A stretch of 57,490 bases of DNA from assembly GCA_049688595.1 (NCBI GenBank), contig JBAVLA010000111.1:1-57490 (forward strand), in the 5' to 3' direction. A program made the translations under genes and the position numbers. The notes under the pieces are model-generated. The model saw only the letters and a program-made list of their open reading frames with translations, searched no databases and was not told the DNA's origin. Positions 1 through 11,968 of this stretch are shown in pieces. The first letter of the stretch is position 1. Each line of letters begins with the position of its first letter. This stretch comes from Candidatus Nanopelagicales bacterium. GTDB taxonomy: Bacteria; Actinomycetota; Actinomycetes; S36-B12; CAIYMF01.

Positions 1-579
1 CTCCTGGAGCGCCCCGGGCTCTACGTCCGCGGATCAAACGACTACTTCGCACCCAGTCGTGGGAACCCGGTCAAGTACCTTGCCGGCCCGAGCAAGATGA
101 CGACTCGGCGCCAGCCGATCGACGTCACGCCGCTGAACGATGGTCTCGAGTCCGCCGGTTGGCGCGACCTGGACAATGCAGCGACTCGCCTCACCGTCGC
201 CGGTTGGTCGATCGACGCCCGGGGGGTCGACGACCCGCACATCCACCGCGACGACTACTCCAAGGTCGCCGGACCATACGACCCTGACGCCGCACTGCAC
301 TTGGGCGTATCGCACGCACCGTACCGGCGGGTGCTGGATGCCATGGCTGCCGACCGCACCGATCTCATCGTGGCCGGGCACACGCATGGAGGCCAGATCT
401 GCTTGCCGTGGTTCGGCGCCCTGGTGACCAACTGCGACCTCCCACGGTCCCAGGCCAAGGGCCTGTCGGCATGGGATGGGTCCGCGCTGCACGTCTCGGC
501 GGGCCTGGGGACCAGCCCGCACACACCCATCCGGCTTGCCTGCCGGCCGGAGGCAACCCTGATTACCGTGACCCGCTGA
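1..579 (+). CDS. metallophosphoesterase, C-terminal part (5' end outside window)
   Basis: Frame 1 is open from base 1 with no stop before the ATG at 97. The translation carries the calcineurin-like phosphoesterase signature 'LIVAGHTHGGQI' and the tail 'HVSAGLGTS'. GC3 is high. Confidence 0.7.
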   Translation, partial: LLERPGLYVRGSNDYFAPSRGNPVKYLAGPSKMTTRRQPIDVTPLNDGLESAGWRDLDNAATRLTVAGWSIDARGVDDPHIHRDDYSKVAGPYDPDAALHLGVSHAPYRRVLDAMAADRTDLIVAGHTHGGQICLPWFGALVTNCDLPRSQAKGLSAWDGSALHVSAGLGTSPHTPIRLACRPEATLITVTR

Positions 580-648
580 GTTCCGGCCACCCAAAGGACA
601 CCGGACAACTGACCTGAACAACCCTGGGATCTTCGCGGCCGCCCCTAG

Positions 649-3333
649 CTAGTCCCGGACGATGGGCGGCGCCTCAGGAGCGGTGACCGGGGTCTTCGAG
701 GGTCGTGACAGGTTCAGGATGGCCTTGGTGACCCGTGCGCAGTTGCCGCCCTCTCGGAACGGGAACGTGCTGTGGATACGATCCAGGTAGGGCTGTTGGG
801 GCGTGGGCCCTGCAGCAACCACTTCCTCGATCGCGTCCAGCGCAGCAGGGAGATCCTCAGTGAGTGGCCCGAACCCGTCTCGTGCATAGGAGAAGTAGCC
901 CGGCCTGGTCAGGTGCTGCCCGCCGAAGACAGCGGCCCGGTCGAACTGGAAGTACACAACGGGTCGCTCGATGAGTGCGGCGTCGAATGCGATTGAGGAG
1001 TAGTCGGTCACCACCGCGGCCGCACCGGCAAGCATCTCCTGAACATCGCAGTCGCGATAGGAGACGACGCGTACGTCGTCGGGGAGGCGGAACTGGGGCA
1101 AGTAGGGCTCCAGGTTGGGGTGGGGCATGAACACGATCTTCAGGCCCATCGAGCGAGCCGCCTCAGCCACTCGGCTCGAGGAGATCAGGGAGGACCACTC
1201 CAGTGAGAACTGCGTTCGGTCGAAGTCCTCGATGAGCGCACGCTCCCCTGAGCCGGGCTTCACCGCCCCTAAGAGGAACTGCCGCCAGGTCGGCATGATC
1301 AGGAGGTTCTTGCGGTTCTCCGGCGTGGTCCCCAGACCCAGCCGGGCCAGGCGGTCGTGGCGCGGAAAACCAGTGAGTTGGACCTCCTTGCTGGTCAGAC
1401 GGTAGGGAGATCCATTGCCGATGATGGACTCGAATTCCGGCTGCGTCGTCGTGAGCATCAGGTCGATCGGCTTGTTGTTCAGCCATGCACTCAGATCGTC
1501 CTTGGTGACGCCATGCTGCAGGAAGGTGTAGCGCCACTTGGGCGTGCCGAACCGCAAGAGGTCTGCCGGCCTGACCACGTAATGGTCGATATGCGACGAG
1601 ATGAGATGCCGCGCAGCCAGAGAGACAGCCATCCACTCCCGGGATCCGTGGGCGACCACGTTCCCCAGACCCTCACGGTTCAGGCGCTCCCAGTCCTTGG
1701 TTCCTGCCTTCACCGTGAACCACGCGTTGATGTCCGGACGATTTCGGCGCAAGTACCGGAAGAGGTGCTCGGCGTTGTCGTGTGAGTTGATGTCCCGGTC
1801 CATAAGCAGCCAAGCATCAGCGAAGCGATCCTCGCTCCGAAGCCGGTTCAGGCGTCGTCCCTCCCACCAGCCGGGAGCCTCTCCGGGACTGGGCCGCCCT
1901 AGACCCTGACCAGGCTGAACGCGTGCGGCCTGAGCCCGTGGCGCCCCATTGCGCTCGGCCTGCGCGCTCTTCGGCGTTGGATCGGGCACTCCGAAGGCCC
2001 TGCGGACGTCGGCCGGACGCCAGCTCACCTTCCGCCTGGGGCGATGGCGCCACAAAGGGACCAGAACTCCGTCGAGGACCAGTTCCAGAGATCCGTCGGT
2101 ACGAACCCACAGGACACGCTCATTGACTAGGGTGCGGCCCGAGTAGATTAGCGCTCGAGTCTTGCTGTGAACCGGCTCGGAGACAAGGCCCCTCCAGCGG
2201 ACCGCCTCGGACGGGGCCGAACCGGTGTACAGGTACGTCAGTCGCACCAGTCTGCGGTCCGGGTCGAACCTGTCCATCACCGCCCCGTCCTCATGCCACG
2301 GCGCGGCACGATAGGCGTGCGCAAGGACTGAAACGCGGCTGGGCGGCAAGGACAGGACCTCGAAGCGCTCGATCACTGACGTGTCCAGGTAGGCGGTGAC
2401 CCTGCTCACGAGCTCGTGGTACTCGTCCTCGACCCCATGGTCTACAGCACGCATGCTGTGGACCAAGGCCTCCTCGGCTCGGAGGAGCCAGCTCAACTCA
2501 TAGATCATCGTATTCTGCAGCCACGTGGGAACGTCCTCGTACTTCTGCTTGGCCAATTGCAGGACGTCGAGGTAGCCGTATCGAGGGACTGCCGTGAATC
2601 GCTCTGGCCGCGAGGTCGCGGTCTGAAGCGAGGAGGACTGATCGGATCTGCGTCGGTACTGATAGTGGGCACTGGCAACGAACCCAATCAGTGGTCGACC
2701 GGTCAACAACAGGTACCGCGCGATGAAATGGGCGTCCTCGAAGAGCGGTCGCACCCGGTCGTCGAAGTTGACCTGTGCTTCGAGCAGGGCAGTTCTGGGC
2801 AGGAAGGCCGAGGCCACGTGCATGTGGAAGTAGTCCGGGAAGCGCTCCAGGTCCACAAGCTGATCTCCCCCTTTGAATCGCGCCCGGAGGGGGTGGTTGT
2901 TGATCAGCCGGTCCTTGTCCTCCTCGTACACGATGAGGTTGCCAACGACCATTGCCGGCTCTTCGGGTTGCCCATCGAGAAACGTCGCGATCTGCGACAG
3001 GTACTCAGGCGCCAGAATGTCGTCGGGGTCGGTGAACGTGATCCACTCCCCGGTGGCGTACGTGATCCCCATGTTCCTGGCTGAGCCCTGGCCACCGTTC
3101 TCCTTCGTGACGATCGTCACAAGCCCTGGCGCCCGCTCCTGCCATTGCCGCAGCACCTCCGGGGACTCATCGGTCGATCCGTCGTCGACCATGATCACTT
3201 CCACGCGACTCAGGTCGAAGACCTGACTGTCTATCGAATTGATGAAGTCCGGGAGGTATCGGGCGACGTTGTAGACGGCGCTGACGATGCTGAATCTCGG
3301 CTGTTCGCCAGGAGTCGGATCGCTGGGGCTCAC
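649..3333 (-). CDS. bifunctional glycosyltransferase family 2 / CDP-glycerol glycerophosphotransferase (TagF-like)
   Basis: 894-aa ORF. The N-terminus 'FSIVSAVYNVARYLPDFINSIDSQ...VDDGSTDES...TDPDD' is a GT2 signature. The C-terminal half ('LMDRDINSHDNAEHLFRYL', 'TFLQHGVTKDDLS', 'YAPTWR-like IMPTWRQF', 'PHPN') matches TagF/CDP-glycerol transferases. Confidence 0.85.
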   Translation of the reverse strand: MSPSDPTPGEQPRFSIVSAVYNVARYLPDFINSIDSQVFDLSRVEVIMVDDGSTDESPEVLRQWQERAPGLVTIVTKENGGQGSARNMGITYATGEWITFTDPDDILAPEYLSQIATFLDGQPEEPAMVVGNLIVYEEDKDRLINNHPLRARFKGGDQLVDLERFPDYFHMHVASAFLPRTALLEAQVNFDDRVRPLFEDAHFIARYLLLTGRPLIGFVASAHYQYRRRSDQSSSLQTATSRPERFTAVPRYGYLDVLQLAKQKYEDVPTWLQNTMIYELSWLLRAEEALVHSMRAVDHGVEDEYHELVSRVTAYLDTSVIERFEVLSLPPSRVSVLAHAYRAAPWHEDGAVMDRFDPDRRLVRLTYLYTGSAPSEAVRWRGLVSEPVHSKTRALIYSGRTLVNERVLWVRTDGSLELVLDGVLVPLWRHRPRRKVSWRPADVRRAFGVPDPTPKSAQAERNGAPRAQAARVQPGQGLGRPSPGEAPGWWEGRRLNRLRSEDRFADAWLLMDRDINSHDNAEHLFRYLRRNRPDINAWFTVKAGTKDWERLNREGLGNVVAHGSREWMAVSLAARHLISSHIDHYVVRPADLLRFGTPKWRYTFLQHGVTKDDLSAWLNNKPIDLMLTTTQPEFESIIGNGSPYRLTSKEVQLTGFPRHDRLARLGLGTTPENRKNLLIMPTWRQFLLGAVKPGSGERALIEDFDRTQFSLEWSSLISSSRVAEAARSMGLKIVFMPHPNLEPYLPQFRLPDDVRVVSYRDCDVQEMLAGAAAVVTDYSSIAFDAALIERPVVYFQFDRAAVFGGQHLTRPGYFSYARDGFGPLTEDLPAALDAIEEVVAAGPTPQQPYLDRIHSTFPFREGGNCARVTKAILNLSRPSKTPVTAPEAPPIVRD

Positions 3334-3464
3334 TCGGTCAACGTATCCCCCGCGTGGAATCGTTGTCCCGACAGCGGGGACCCGTCCGACCCGCCAGGAA
3401 CGCGGCCCCGTCCCCCCTCCCGACCACGGACCTGAGGAGACGCGCTGTCCACACGCCCGAACGC

Positions 3465-3503
3465 ATGATGAGGGCCCTGGGTGCGCCCCAGGGCCCTCAT
3501 CAT
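3465..3503 (-). terminator. perfect 17-bp stem hairpin directly 3' of tRNA-Pro
   Basis: atgatgagggccctggg / cccagggccctcatcat around a 5-nt loop, starting 5 nt beyond the tRNA 3' end. No clear U-tract, which is common in actinobacteria. Confidence 0.55.
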
Positions 3504-3507
3504 CGGG

Positions 3508-3581
<74 letters not shown>

Positions 3582-3676
3582 ATTCGTTCTCATTCTAGCC
3601 GTTCGGCATGCCGGGCCCCAAACCACGCACCCGGCCTTGGACCCGCATCACGTGCCTGCGGGGCCCGCACATCGTG

Positions 3677-6018
<2,342 letters not shown>

Positions 6019-6161
6019 GGCGGCTGCTCCTGGCGTCGGGTCGGCGGTTGCACGGATTGTAGTGGTTGCTCGAGGAGCCCCGTCGGAAGCAGGACGAACC
6101 CCTCTCCGCTGGACTGTCGGCGCGCGGCGCCCGGGCTTGCCCGGTGCGCCGTAGGACAGGT

Positions 6162-6761
6162 TCAGGGCTGCTCCCCCCCGACCTCGAGCAGGGCACCACT
6201 TCGAACGTGGGAGACCAGTGACCGCAGCGCCCGCAGCGCCGACACGCACGCGTCGCCCCACGAGCACAGGTACGTCGTCTGCCACCACCAGAGTGCCTCA
6301 ATCTCTCGCCCGGCGGCGTGGTGGGCCAGTCCGTGCAGCAGGTCGGACACGATCACGCTCAGGTCATCGGACAGCCGACCGTCGATGAGTTCCGGACTCG
6401 CATACGGGTCGAACACCTCGACGTAGCAGTCGACTGGAGCAAGGCGCCCCGCCAGCGCGGAGCGAAGCCGGTCGACGTCGGGCTCCGCGCCCGCGTCCGG
6501 CTCGTACTGGCCCTCAGGCACGACGTCTGCGATTGCGCCCAGCCTCGCGCCCATCGCCAGAAGGTCGGACACCTCCAGCAGCAGGATCGCAATCGTCTGA
6601 TCCTCCGCAGCGCCGGCCGCGACGGCCTCGGCTGTCTGGACGAACCTTGCGACAGCACCGGCCATTCCGTCACCCAGTGCCACCAGATCGGGGTCAACCT
6701 GGGTAGCCGGCGTGGTCACGACCGCCATCGCACCGTCCAGCGGTGCCTCATCGACTGTCAT
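6162..6761 (-). CDS. DUF5063-like hypothetical protein
   Basis: High-GC3 ORF with a C-terminal '[25 protein letters not shown]' motif typical of DUF5063 proteins that follow recR in actinobacteria. The start is uncertain: 6803, 6761 or 6728. Confidence 0.6.
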   Translation of the reverse strand: MTVDEAPLDGAMAVVTTPATQVDPDLVALGDGMAGAVARFVQTAEAVAAGAAEDQTIAILLLEVSDLLAMGARLGAIADVVPEGQYEPDAGAEPDVDRLRSALAGRLAPVDCYVEVFDPYASPELIDGRLSDDLSVIVSDLLHGLAHHAAGREIEALWWWQTTYLCSWGDACVSALRALRSLVSHVRSGALLEVGGEQP

Positions 6762-7362
6762 CCTGACCTCCGATCCGCCGTCGTCCCTCGAACGCGCGGC
6801 CAAGAGTCACCTCGTCGGCGAACTCCAGATCGCCGCCTACTGGAAGTCCACTCGCCAACCGCGTGACGGTCAAGCTGAACGGTTCCATCAGGCGCGCAAG
6901 GTACCCGGCAGTCGCCTCTCCCTCGAGGTTCGGGTCCGTGGCCAGGATCACCTCCTTGACCCTCCCGTCGGCCAGGCGGGCCATCAGCTCCCGGATGCGC
7001 AGGTCGTTCGGTCCGATCCCATCGATCGGGCTGATCGCACCGCCGAGCACGTGATAGCGCCCCCGGAACTCGCGCGTCCGCTCAATCGCGACGACGTCCT
7101 TGCTCTCCTCCACCACGCACAGCTTGCTGACGTCACGCCGCGGATCGCGGCAGATAGCGCAGACGTCCCCCTCGCTCACGTTCCCGCACGTGCCGCAGTA
7201 CCGGACCTTCTCGCGCAGGCGGAGCAGAGCCTCGGCGAGCTCCTGGACCTCGTGTGGGTCGGCCTTCAGCAGGTGGAAGGCAATCCGTTGGGCGCTCTTG
7301 GGTCCGATTCCCGGCAGCCTGCCGAGCGCGTCGATCACGTCCTGGACGATGCCCTCGTACAT
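6748..7362 (-). CDS. recR: recombination protein RecR
   Basis: 204 aa. Helix-hairpin-helix '[17 protein letters not shown]', a C4 zinc finger 'CGTCGN...CAIC' and a Toprim domain. Confidence 0.95.
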   Translation of the reverse strand: MYEGIVQDVIDALGRLPGIGPKSAQRIAFHLLKADPHEVQELAEALLRLREKVRYCGTCGNVSEGDVCAICRDPRRDVSKLCVVEESKDVVAIERTREFRGRYHVLGGAISPIDGIGPNDLRIRELMARLADGRVKEVILATDPNLEGEATAGYLARLMEPFSLTVTRLASGLPVGGDLEFADEVTLGRAFEGRRRIGGQDDSR

Positions 7363-7374
7363 CTGCCCCCCCGA

Positions 7375-9579
7375 CTACTTGTGCTCGATGTCGCTGATTG
7401 GCCGGGCGCCAAGCTCGCGCGCTATCAGTGCCAGCCCGTCGGCGGCGGACTGCTCCAGATCCGGATCGTCGCTGCTGGGCTCGTCCGGCTGGAGGTCCGG
7501 GCCAGCGCTACGCGCCTCCCGGACGAGGTCCACGGCTGCACCGGCGCCCGTCAGCCTATGCGCCACCTGCGTGCCAGCCCCCTCCGCAGCCCCCCTCGGT
7601 CCTGTGTTCCCGGTTGACGCTGTGGACCTGTTCTGCTGGTGCCGGGCATCCTGCCTGGCAGTCCCGGACCCCGAGGCCCCTCGCCCGGTGGCGGGTCGCG
7701 CTGCAGAACCTGGATCCTGCGAGGCGTCGGGCTGGTGGAGGACGTCGATGGACACGTCCAGTCCCAGTACATCGATGATCGCCTGCCTGAGGCGCTCGTC
7801 GTGGCCGCGTTGCGCGATCGCACGGACGTTGCCAGCCTCGGCCACGGCCACGGCGAGGGACCCGGAACTCAGGGACACCGGCCGCGCGGAGTGGAACGCC
7901 GTCCACGCGACCCGGCTGTCGACAGAGAGGCGCTCCAGAACGGCATCCCAGGCGGCCTGGATGGCAGCCACGCCAGCGGCACCGCCCGCCGGTTTCTCAG
8001 CCGCCTCCGCCCCGTCGGCTGCTGGCCCGGGACCAGACACTCCTTGACCGCCAGCCTGGTCAGGCGAACCCCTCTTGCTCCTTCCCGGGGCTTGCGCCCG
8101 CAGGTCCGGCCTGCGTGGAGGCTGGCGCACCTGGCCACGCTCGGGGCCCCCTTGTCCCCAGCCGGCGGCCGCCCCGCTGCTGGACGGCCGTGCGTCGAAT
8201 CGAGCCACACTGTCAGGACCTGCTGTCGCAGTCGCAGGGCGATCTGCACGGGATTCGGGCCGCTCCGCAGGAGCCTCTGGAGCGGGCGCGGCGGCCGCAG
8301 GCCGTTCCGGGGCGGGTGCAGATCCCGTTCGTGAGACTCGGCCGACGACCGGAGCCGCCCCAGGGCTCGCACCGGATCCGCCCCGGGAGGCGCCCGGCTG
8401 CGGACGGCTCGGATCCATGCCAGCCGCCCCGCGCTCGAGCCTCTCCACGCGGCCCGAGAGGGACGCGATGTCGCTGTCCGCAGGCGTCAGCGCCAACCTC
8501 GCGCAGAGCAGTTCCAGCTGCAGCCTTGGCGCCGTGGCCCCCCTGACATCGCTCAGACCGCTGTTGACGAGGTCGGCGGCACGGGACAGTTGGGCGAACT
8601 CCAGGGAAGCAGCCTGCGTGACCATCTGGGCACCCGTGTCGTCAGGTACATCCACGAGGCCGCGCGCCACGGCCTCTGGGTCGGCACGCAGGAAGATGAG
8701 ATCCCTGAGCCGGTCCAGCACGTCGGTGACGAAGCGTCGAGGATCGTGTCCGGCGTTGATGACCCGGTCCACGACCGTGAACATCGCCGCGCCCGAGCCG
8801 GCCGCGAGCGCCTCGACGAAGGCGTCGATCAGGGCCGCGTCCGTCATCCCCAGGGAAGCCACTGCGTCGGCATAGGTGAGTCCGGAGGGACCAGCCCCCG
8901 CGATGAGCTGGCCCAGCACCGACAGTGAGTCCCGGACGCTACCGGCCCCTGCCCGGGCCACGACCGCGAGCGCGGGGGGTTCAGCCGCCACGCCCTCCGC
9001 TCGGCACACCGCCGCAAGATGATCACACAGGATCCGCGCCGGTACGAGGCGGAATCCGTAGTGGAACGTCCGCGACCGGATCGTGGGGATGATCTTGTCC
9101 GGCTCCGTGGTCGCGAAGATGAACCGCAGGTGCGGTGGCGGCTCCTCGACCACCTTGAGCAGCGCGTTGGCCGCCTCGTTGGTCAACTGGTGGGCCTCAT
9201 CGACTATGTACACCTTGAACCGGCTCGCGGCGGGCGCGTAGATCGCCTTCTCGCGAAGCTCCTTGGCGTCGTCGATGCCGCGGTGCGTGGCTGCGTCGAG
9301 TTCGATGACATCCATGGATCCTGGACCGTTGGGAGCCAGCTCCGCGCACGACCGGCACGTTCCGCACGGCTCGGCGGTCGGTCCCTGCTCGCAGTTGAGG
9401 GATCGGGCCAGGATCCGGGCCGTCGAGGTCTTCCCGCATCCGCGGGGACCGGAGAACAGGTAGGCGTGGTGGATCCGACCGGACTCCAGGGCGCGCGCGA
9501 GGGGCAGCGTCACGTGCTCCTGGCCGATGACTTCGGCCAGGGAGCCGGGACGGTACGTCCGGTACAGAGCGAGGGCCAC
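7375..9579 (-). CDS. dnaX: DNA polymerase III subunit gamma/tau
   Basis: 734 aa. N-terminal AAA+ clamp-loader motifs 'FSGPRGCGKTSTARILA', 'YIVDEAH' and 'SRT', followed by a long Pro/Ala/Gly-rich linker. Confidence 0.93.
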   Translation of the reverse strand: MALALYRTYRPGSLAEVIGQEHVTLPLARALESGRIHHAYLFSGPRGCGKTSTARILARSLNCEQGPTAEPCGTCRSCAELAPNGPGSMDVIELDAATHRGIDDAKELREKAIYAPAASRFKVYIVDEAHQLTNEAANALLKVVEEPPPHLRFIFATTEPDKIIPTIRSRTFHYGFRLVPARILCDHLAAVCRAEGVAAEPPALAVVARAGAGSVRDSLSVLGQLIAGAGPSGLTYADAVASLGMTDAALIDAFVEALAAGSGAAMFTVVDRVINAGHDPRRFVTDVLDRLRDLIFLRADPEAVARGLVDVPDDTGAQMVTQAASLEFAQLSRAADLVNSGLSDVRGATAPRLQLELLCARLALTPADSDIASLSGRVERLERGAAGMDPSRPQPGASRGGSGASPGAAPVVGRVSRTGSAPAPERPAAAAPAPEAPAERPESRADRPATATAGPDSVARFDARPSSSGAAAGWGQGGPERGQVRQPPRRPDLRAQAPGRSKRGSPDQAGGQGVSGPGPAADGAEAAEKPAGGAAGVAAIQAAWDAVLERLSVDSRVAWTAFHSARPVSLSSGSLAVAVAEAGNVRAIAQRGHDERLRQAIIDVLGLDVSIDVLHQPDASQDPGSAARPATGRGASGSGTARQDARHQQNRSTASTGNTGPRGAAEGAGTQVAHRLTGAGAAVDLVREARSAGPDLQPDEPSSDDPDLEQSAADGLALIARELGARPISDIEHK

Positions 9580-9638
9580 GCGCTCACACTAGCGGCGGTC
9601 TCGGACATCTCCTTGGGGATCATCCCCAGGGGTGCGGA

Positions 9639-9658
9639 TCATCCACACCTCATCCACA
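9639..9658. promoter_or_regulatory. two tandem DnaA-box-like 9-mers (TCATCCACA x2) upstream of dnaX
   Basis: gaTCATCCACAccTCATCCACAgatgtgcaca lies 60-80 nt upstream of the dnaX start. Each 9-mer has one mismatch to TTATCCACA. Confidence 0.4.
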
Positions 9659-9714
9659 GATGTGCACAACTCACATCCATGTAACTACGGGCTGGCAACT
9701 CGTGCGCCATTGAG

Positions 9715-10242
9715 CTAGAGGGCGCCTCCGGCAGCCGCGGGGGCCGTGGGATCGAACCCTGACGAGCCGGACTCTCGGGCCAGGTAGTCCTCCAGCAGCA
9801 TCACGTTCTCTCCCACCCGGCGGGCAACCTGCAGGAGCGTCGACATCGAGGAGACCTCTTCAACCTGCTCCTTGAGGAACCAGTGCATGAACTGCTCCCC
9901 GAGGTAGTCGTGCTCCTCGCGGGCCAACGCGATCAACGCCTCGAACTGGCGGGTCACCTCGCGCTCCTGGGCAAGGGCCAGCTCGAGCGGCTCGACGACG
10001 TACCCGAACCCGTTCCTCACCTCGGCCACGCCCGGGATCACGACCTCTGCCTCCCGGTCCATCAGGTACTGCACGATCATCATCGCGTGGTTGCGCTCCT
10101 CGATGGACTGCTTGTAGAAGTGCGCGGCCAGTTGCGGGAGGGCCTGCTGGTCGTACCAGACCGCGATCGCGATGTACTGCTGGGACGCGGTGAACTCATG
10201 GCCGATCTGGGCGTTGAGCAGCTCGTGAACTGGGCTCATCAT
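9715..10242 (-). CDS. ferritin (non-haem, bacterial type)
   Basis: 'MMSPVHELLNAQIGHEFTASQQYIAIAVWYD...EERNHAMMIVQYL' shows ferritin-like di-iron ligands. The start is placed at the ATG-ATG at 10242. The upstream extension to 10365 is Arg/Gly-rich. Confidence 0.85.
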   Translation of the reverse strand: MMSPVHELLNAQIGHEFTASQQYIAIAVWYDQQALPQLAAHFYKQSIEERNHAMMIVQYLMDREAEVVIPGVAEVRNGFGYVVEPLELALAQEREVTRQFEALIALAREEHDYLGEQFMHWFLKEQVEEVSSMSTLLQVARRVGENVMLLEDYLARESGSSGFDPTAPAAAGGAL

Positions 10243-10374
10243 TACTCCGCAAGTGTCCGGCGATGTGGGAGGATTCACCCTACGCCGGCCGGGTCCCCGG
10301 CCGCTCCCCTTCCGGCGGCCTGCGAGGCGCGCAAGTGGAAGGCCTGCCCAAACGAGGTTGAACAAGCAGGAACG

Positions 10375-10409
10375 CCAACGGGTCGGACCACAAGGGTTAG
10401 ACCCGTTGG
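10375..10409 (-). terminator. hairpin 3' of tRNA-Ser
   Basis: ccaacgggtc ... gacccgttgg forms a 10-bp perfect stem with a 15-nt loop, 25 nt past the tRNA 3' end. Confidence 0.4.
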
Positions 10410-10433
10410 CGATTTCGCAAAGAGTTCAGTCGG

Positions 10434-10521
10434 CGGTGGCGGTGGGATTCGAACCCACGGTGAGGTCATCCCCCACACACGATTTCGAGTCGTGCTCCTT
10501 TGGCCGCTCGGACACGCCACC
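10434..10521 (-). tRNA. tRNA-Ser (anticodon CGA)
   Basis: The reverse complement reads GGTGGCGTGTCCGAGCGGCCAAAGGAGCACGACTCGAAATCGTG...GTGGGTTCGAATCCCACCGCCACCG. It has a long variable arm and anticodon loop CTCGAAA. Confidence 0.9.
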
Positions 10522-10617
10522 GTGGGAGAGTTTACGGCGCAGTCCGGCGCAAGGCGAAATCGCCGTAGGGGGCGGGTGGGCTGCTTCCATCGGAGCCGGC
10601 CGACGTAGCGTGGGCGG

Positions 10618-11217
10618 ATGCCCGTGGGACCCCACCCGCCGCCCTGGCCCAGCGATCCCCATCTGGACCCGACGCTCCTGGCTGCCGGCGACGCCCGGAA
10701 TGTCGTGGATCGCTACCGCTACTGGCGAGTCGATGCCATCCGCGCAGACCTGCGCACCCGGCGCTCCCCGCTCCACGTGGCCATCGAGAACGTCGAGCAC
10801 GACCTCAACATCGGCTCGATCGTGCGCACCGCGAACGCCTTCAACGTCGCCGGCGTCCACATCGTCGGCCGCCGACGCTGGAACCGTCGCGGTGCCATGG
10901 TCACGGACGCCTACCTCGACATCGACCATCACCGCGACATCGGGGACCTGCTCTGCTGGGCTCGTGAATCAGACCTGCCAGTGCTGGCCGTGGACGTGGT
11001 CCCCGCCGCTGTGCCGATCGAGGGGTTCGTCATGCCCCGTGCGTGCTTGCTGCTGTTCGGCCAGGAGGGCCCGGGCCTGAGCCCCGCGGCACTGACGGGT
11101 GCCAAGCGCGTCCTATCGATCTCCCAGCATGGATCGACGCGCTCGATGAACGTCGCTGCTGCAGCGGCGATCGCCATGCACTGCTGGGCCAGCCAGCACC
11201 TGCCACGTGGCAGCTGA
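10618..11217 (+). CDS. TrmH/SpoU family RNA 2'-O-methyltransferase
   Basis: 199 aa. 'NIGSIVRTANAFNVAGVHIVG', 'LLFGQEGPGLS' and 'ISQHGSTRSMNVAAAAAIAM' are SPOUT motifs. Confidence 0.85.
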   Translation: MPVGPHPPPWPSDPHLDPTLLAAGDARNVVDRYRYWRVDAIRADLRTRRSPLHVAIENVEHDLNIGSIVRTANAFNVAGVHIVGRRRWNRRGAMVTDAYLDIDHHRDIGDLLCWARESDLPVLAVDVVPAAVPIEGFVMPRACLLLFGQEGPGLSPAALTGAKRVLSISQHGSTRSMNVAAAAAIAMHCWASQHLPRGS

Positions 11218-11290
11218 ATGCCAAGCCGGGTCACTGCTGGTACGGTCCTGCGCACGCGGTCGCGCGGTTACCATTCAATGCGTGCCCTCA

Positions 11291-11959
11291 GTGACGTCCC
11301 TGTCCGTGATCGCCGCCGTCCCGGCCCTCGGTCCGGAGTGGATGGACGTCCAGAACCTGGATCAGTTCGGCACGGCGGCGTTCTGGATCGCGCTGGCGAT
11401 CATCTTCGCCGAATGCGGCCTCCTCATCGGCTTCGTCCTGCCGGGTGACTCCCTGCTCTTCATGGTCGGGCTGTTCATCGCCAGCGGCGTCATCGACATC
11501 CCGATCGCGGTGGCGTGCCTCCTGCTCACCATCGCCGCCATCGCCGGGAACCTGACCGGCTATTGGATCGGCAACCGCGCCGGGCCTCCCCTGTTCAACC
11601 GGCCGGACTCCAAGCTCTTCAAGACCGAGCACGTCGAGAAGACGCACGCCTTCTTCGACAAGTATGGTGCGCGCGCGATCGTCATGGCCAGGTTCGTCCC
11701 CATAGTCCGTACGTTCATCACGGCCATGGCCGGTGTCGGCCGAATGGACCTGCGCACCTACGCGATCTACTCCTCCATCGGGGGTGTCCTGTGGGCAACC
11801 GGAGTCACGCTCCTTGGCTACTACCTGGGCAACATCCCCATCGTCAAGGACAACATCGAGCTCATCCTGATCGGCATCGTCGGGGTCTCGATCATTCCCA
11901 TCGCCTTTGAAGCCTGGCAGCATCGCCGCGAGCAGCGTGCAGTCAACCCTGCCGAGTAG
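11291..11959 (+). CDS. DedA/VTT-domain membrane protein
   Basis: 'FAECGLLIGFVLPGDSLLFMVG' and 'KYGARAIVMARFVPIVRTF' are DedA signatures, with several predicted TM helices. The start could be GTG 11291 or ATG 11342; the track start is 11207. Confidence 0.8.
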   Translation: MTSLSVIAAVPALGPEWMDVQNLDQFGTAAFWIALAIIFAECGLLIGFVLPGDSLLFMVGLFIASGVIDIPIAVACLLLTIAAIAGNLTGYWIGNRAGPPLFNRPDSKLFKTEHVEKTHAFFDKYGARAIVMARFVPIVRTFITAMAGVGRMDLRTYAIYSSIGGVLWATGVTLLGYYLGNIPIVKDNIELILIGIVGVSIIPIAFEAWQHRREQRAVNPAE

Positions 11960-11968
11960 GCTGCCGGG

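Noticed and set aside
7375-9579. Programmed -1 frameshift site in dnaX (gamma subunit production)
   Set aside because: I saw no A-rich slippery heptamer (A AAA AAG type) anywhere in this GC-rich gene. Actinobacterial dnaX is not known to frameshift.
10385-10410. IdeR iron box upstream of ferritin
   Set aside because: 'ggttagaccc' gives only a partial half-site match to TTAGGTTAGGCTAACCTAA. The sequence is better explained as the loop and stem of the hairpin after tRNA-Ser.
9580-10433. SRP RNA (ffs), which often lies near tRNA-Ser and dnaX in actinobacteria
   Set aside because: The interval is filled by a ferritin gene. The short non-coding stretches lack the conserved SRP domain IV sequence (GGAA/AGCA symmetric loop context). 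No call was made.
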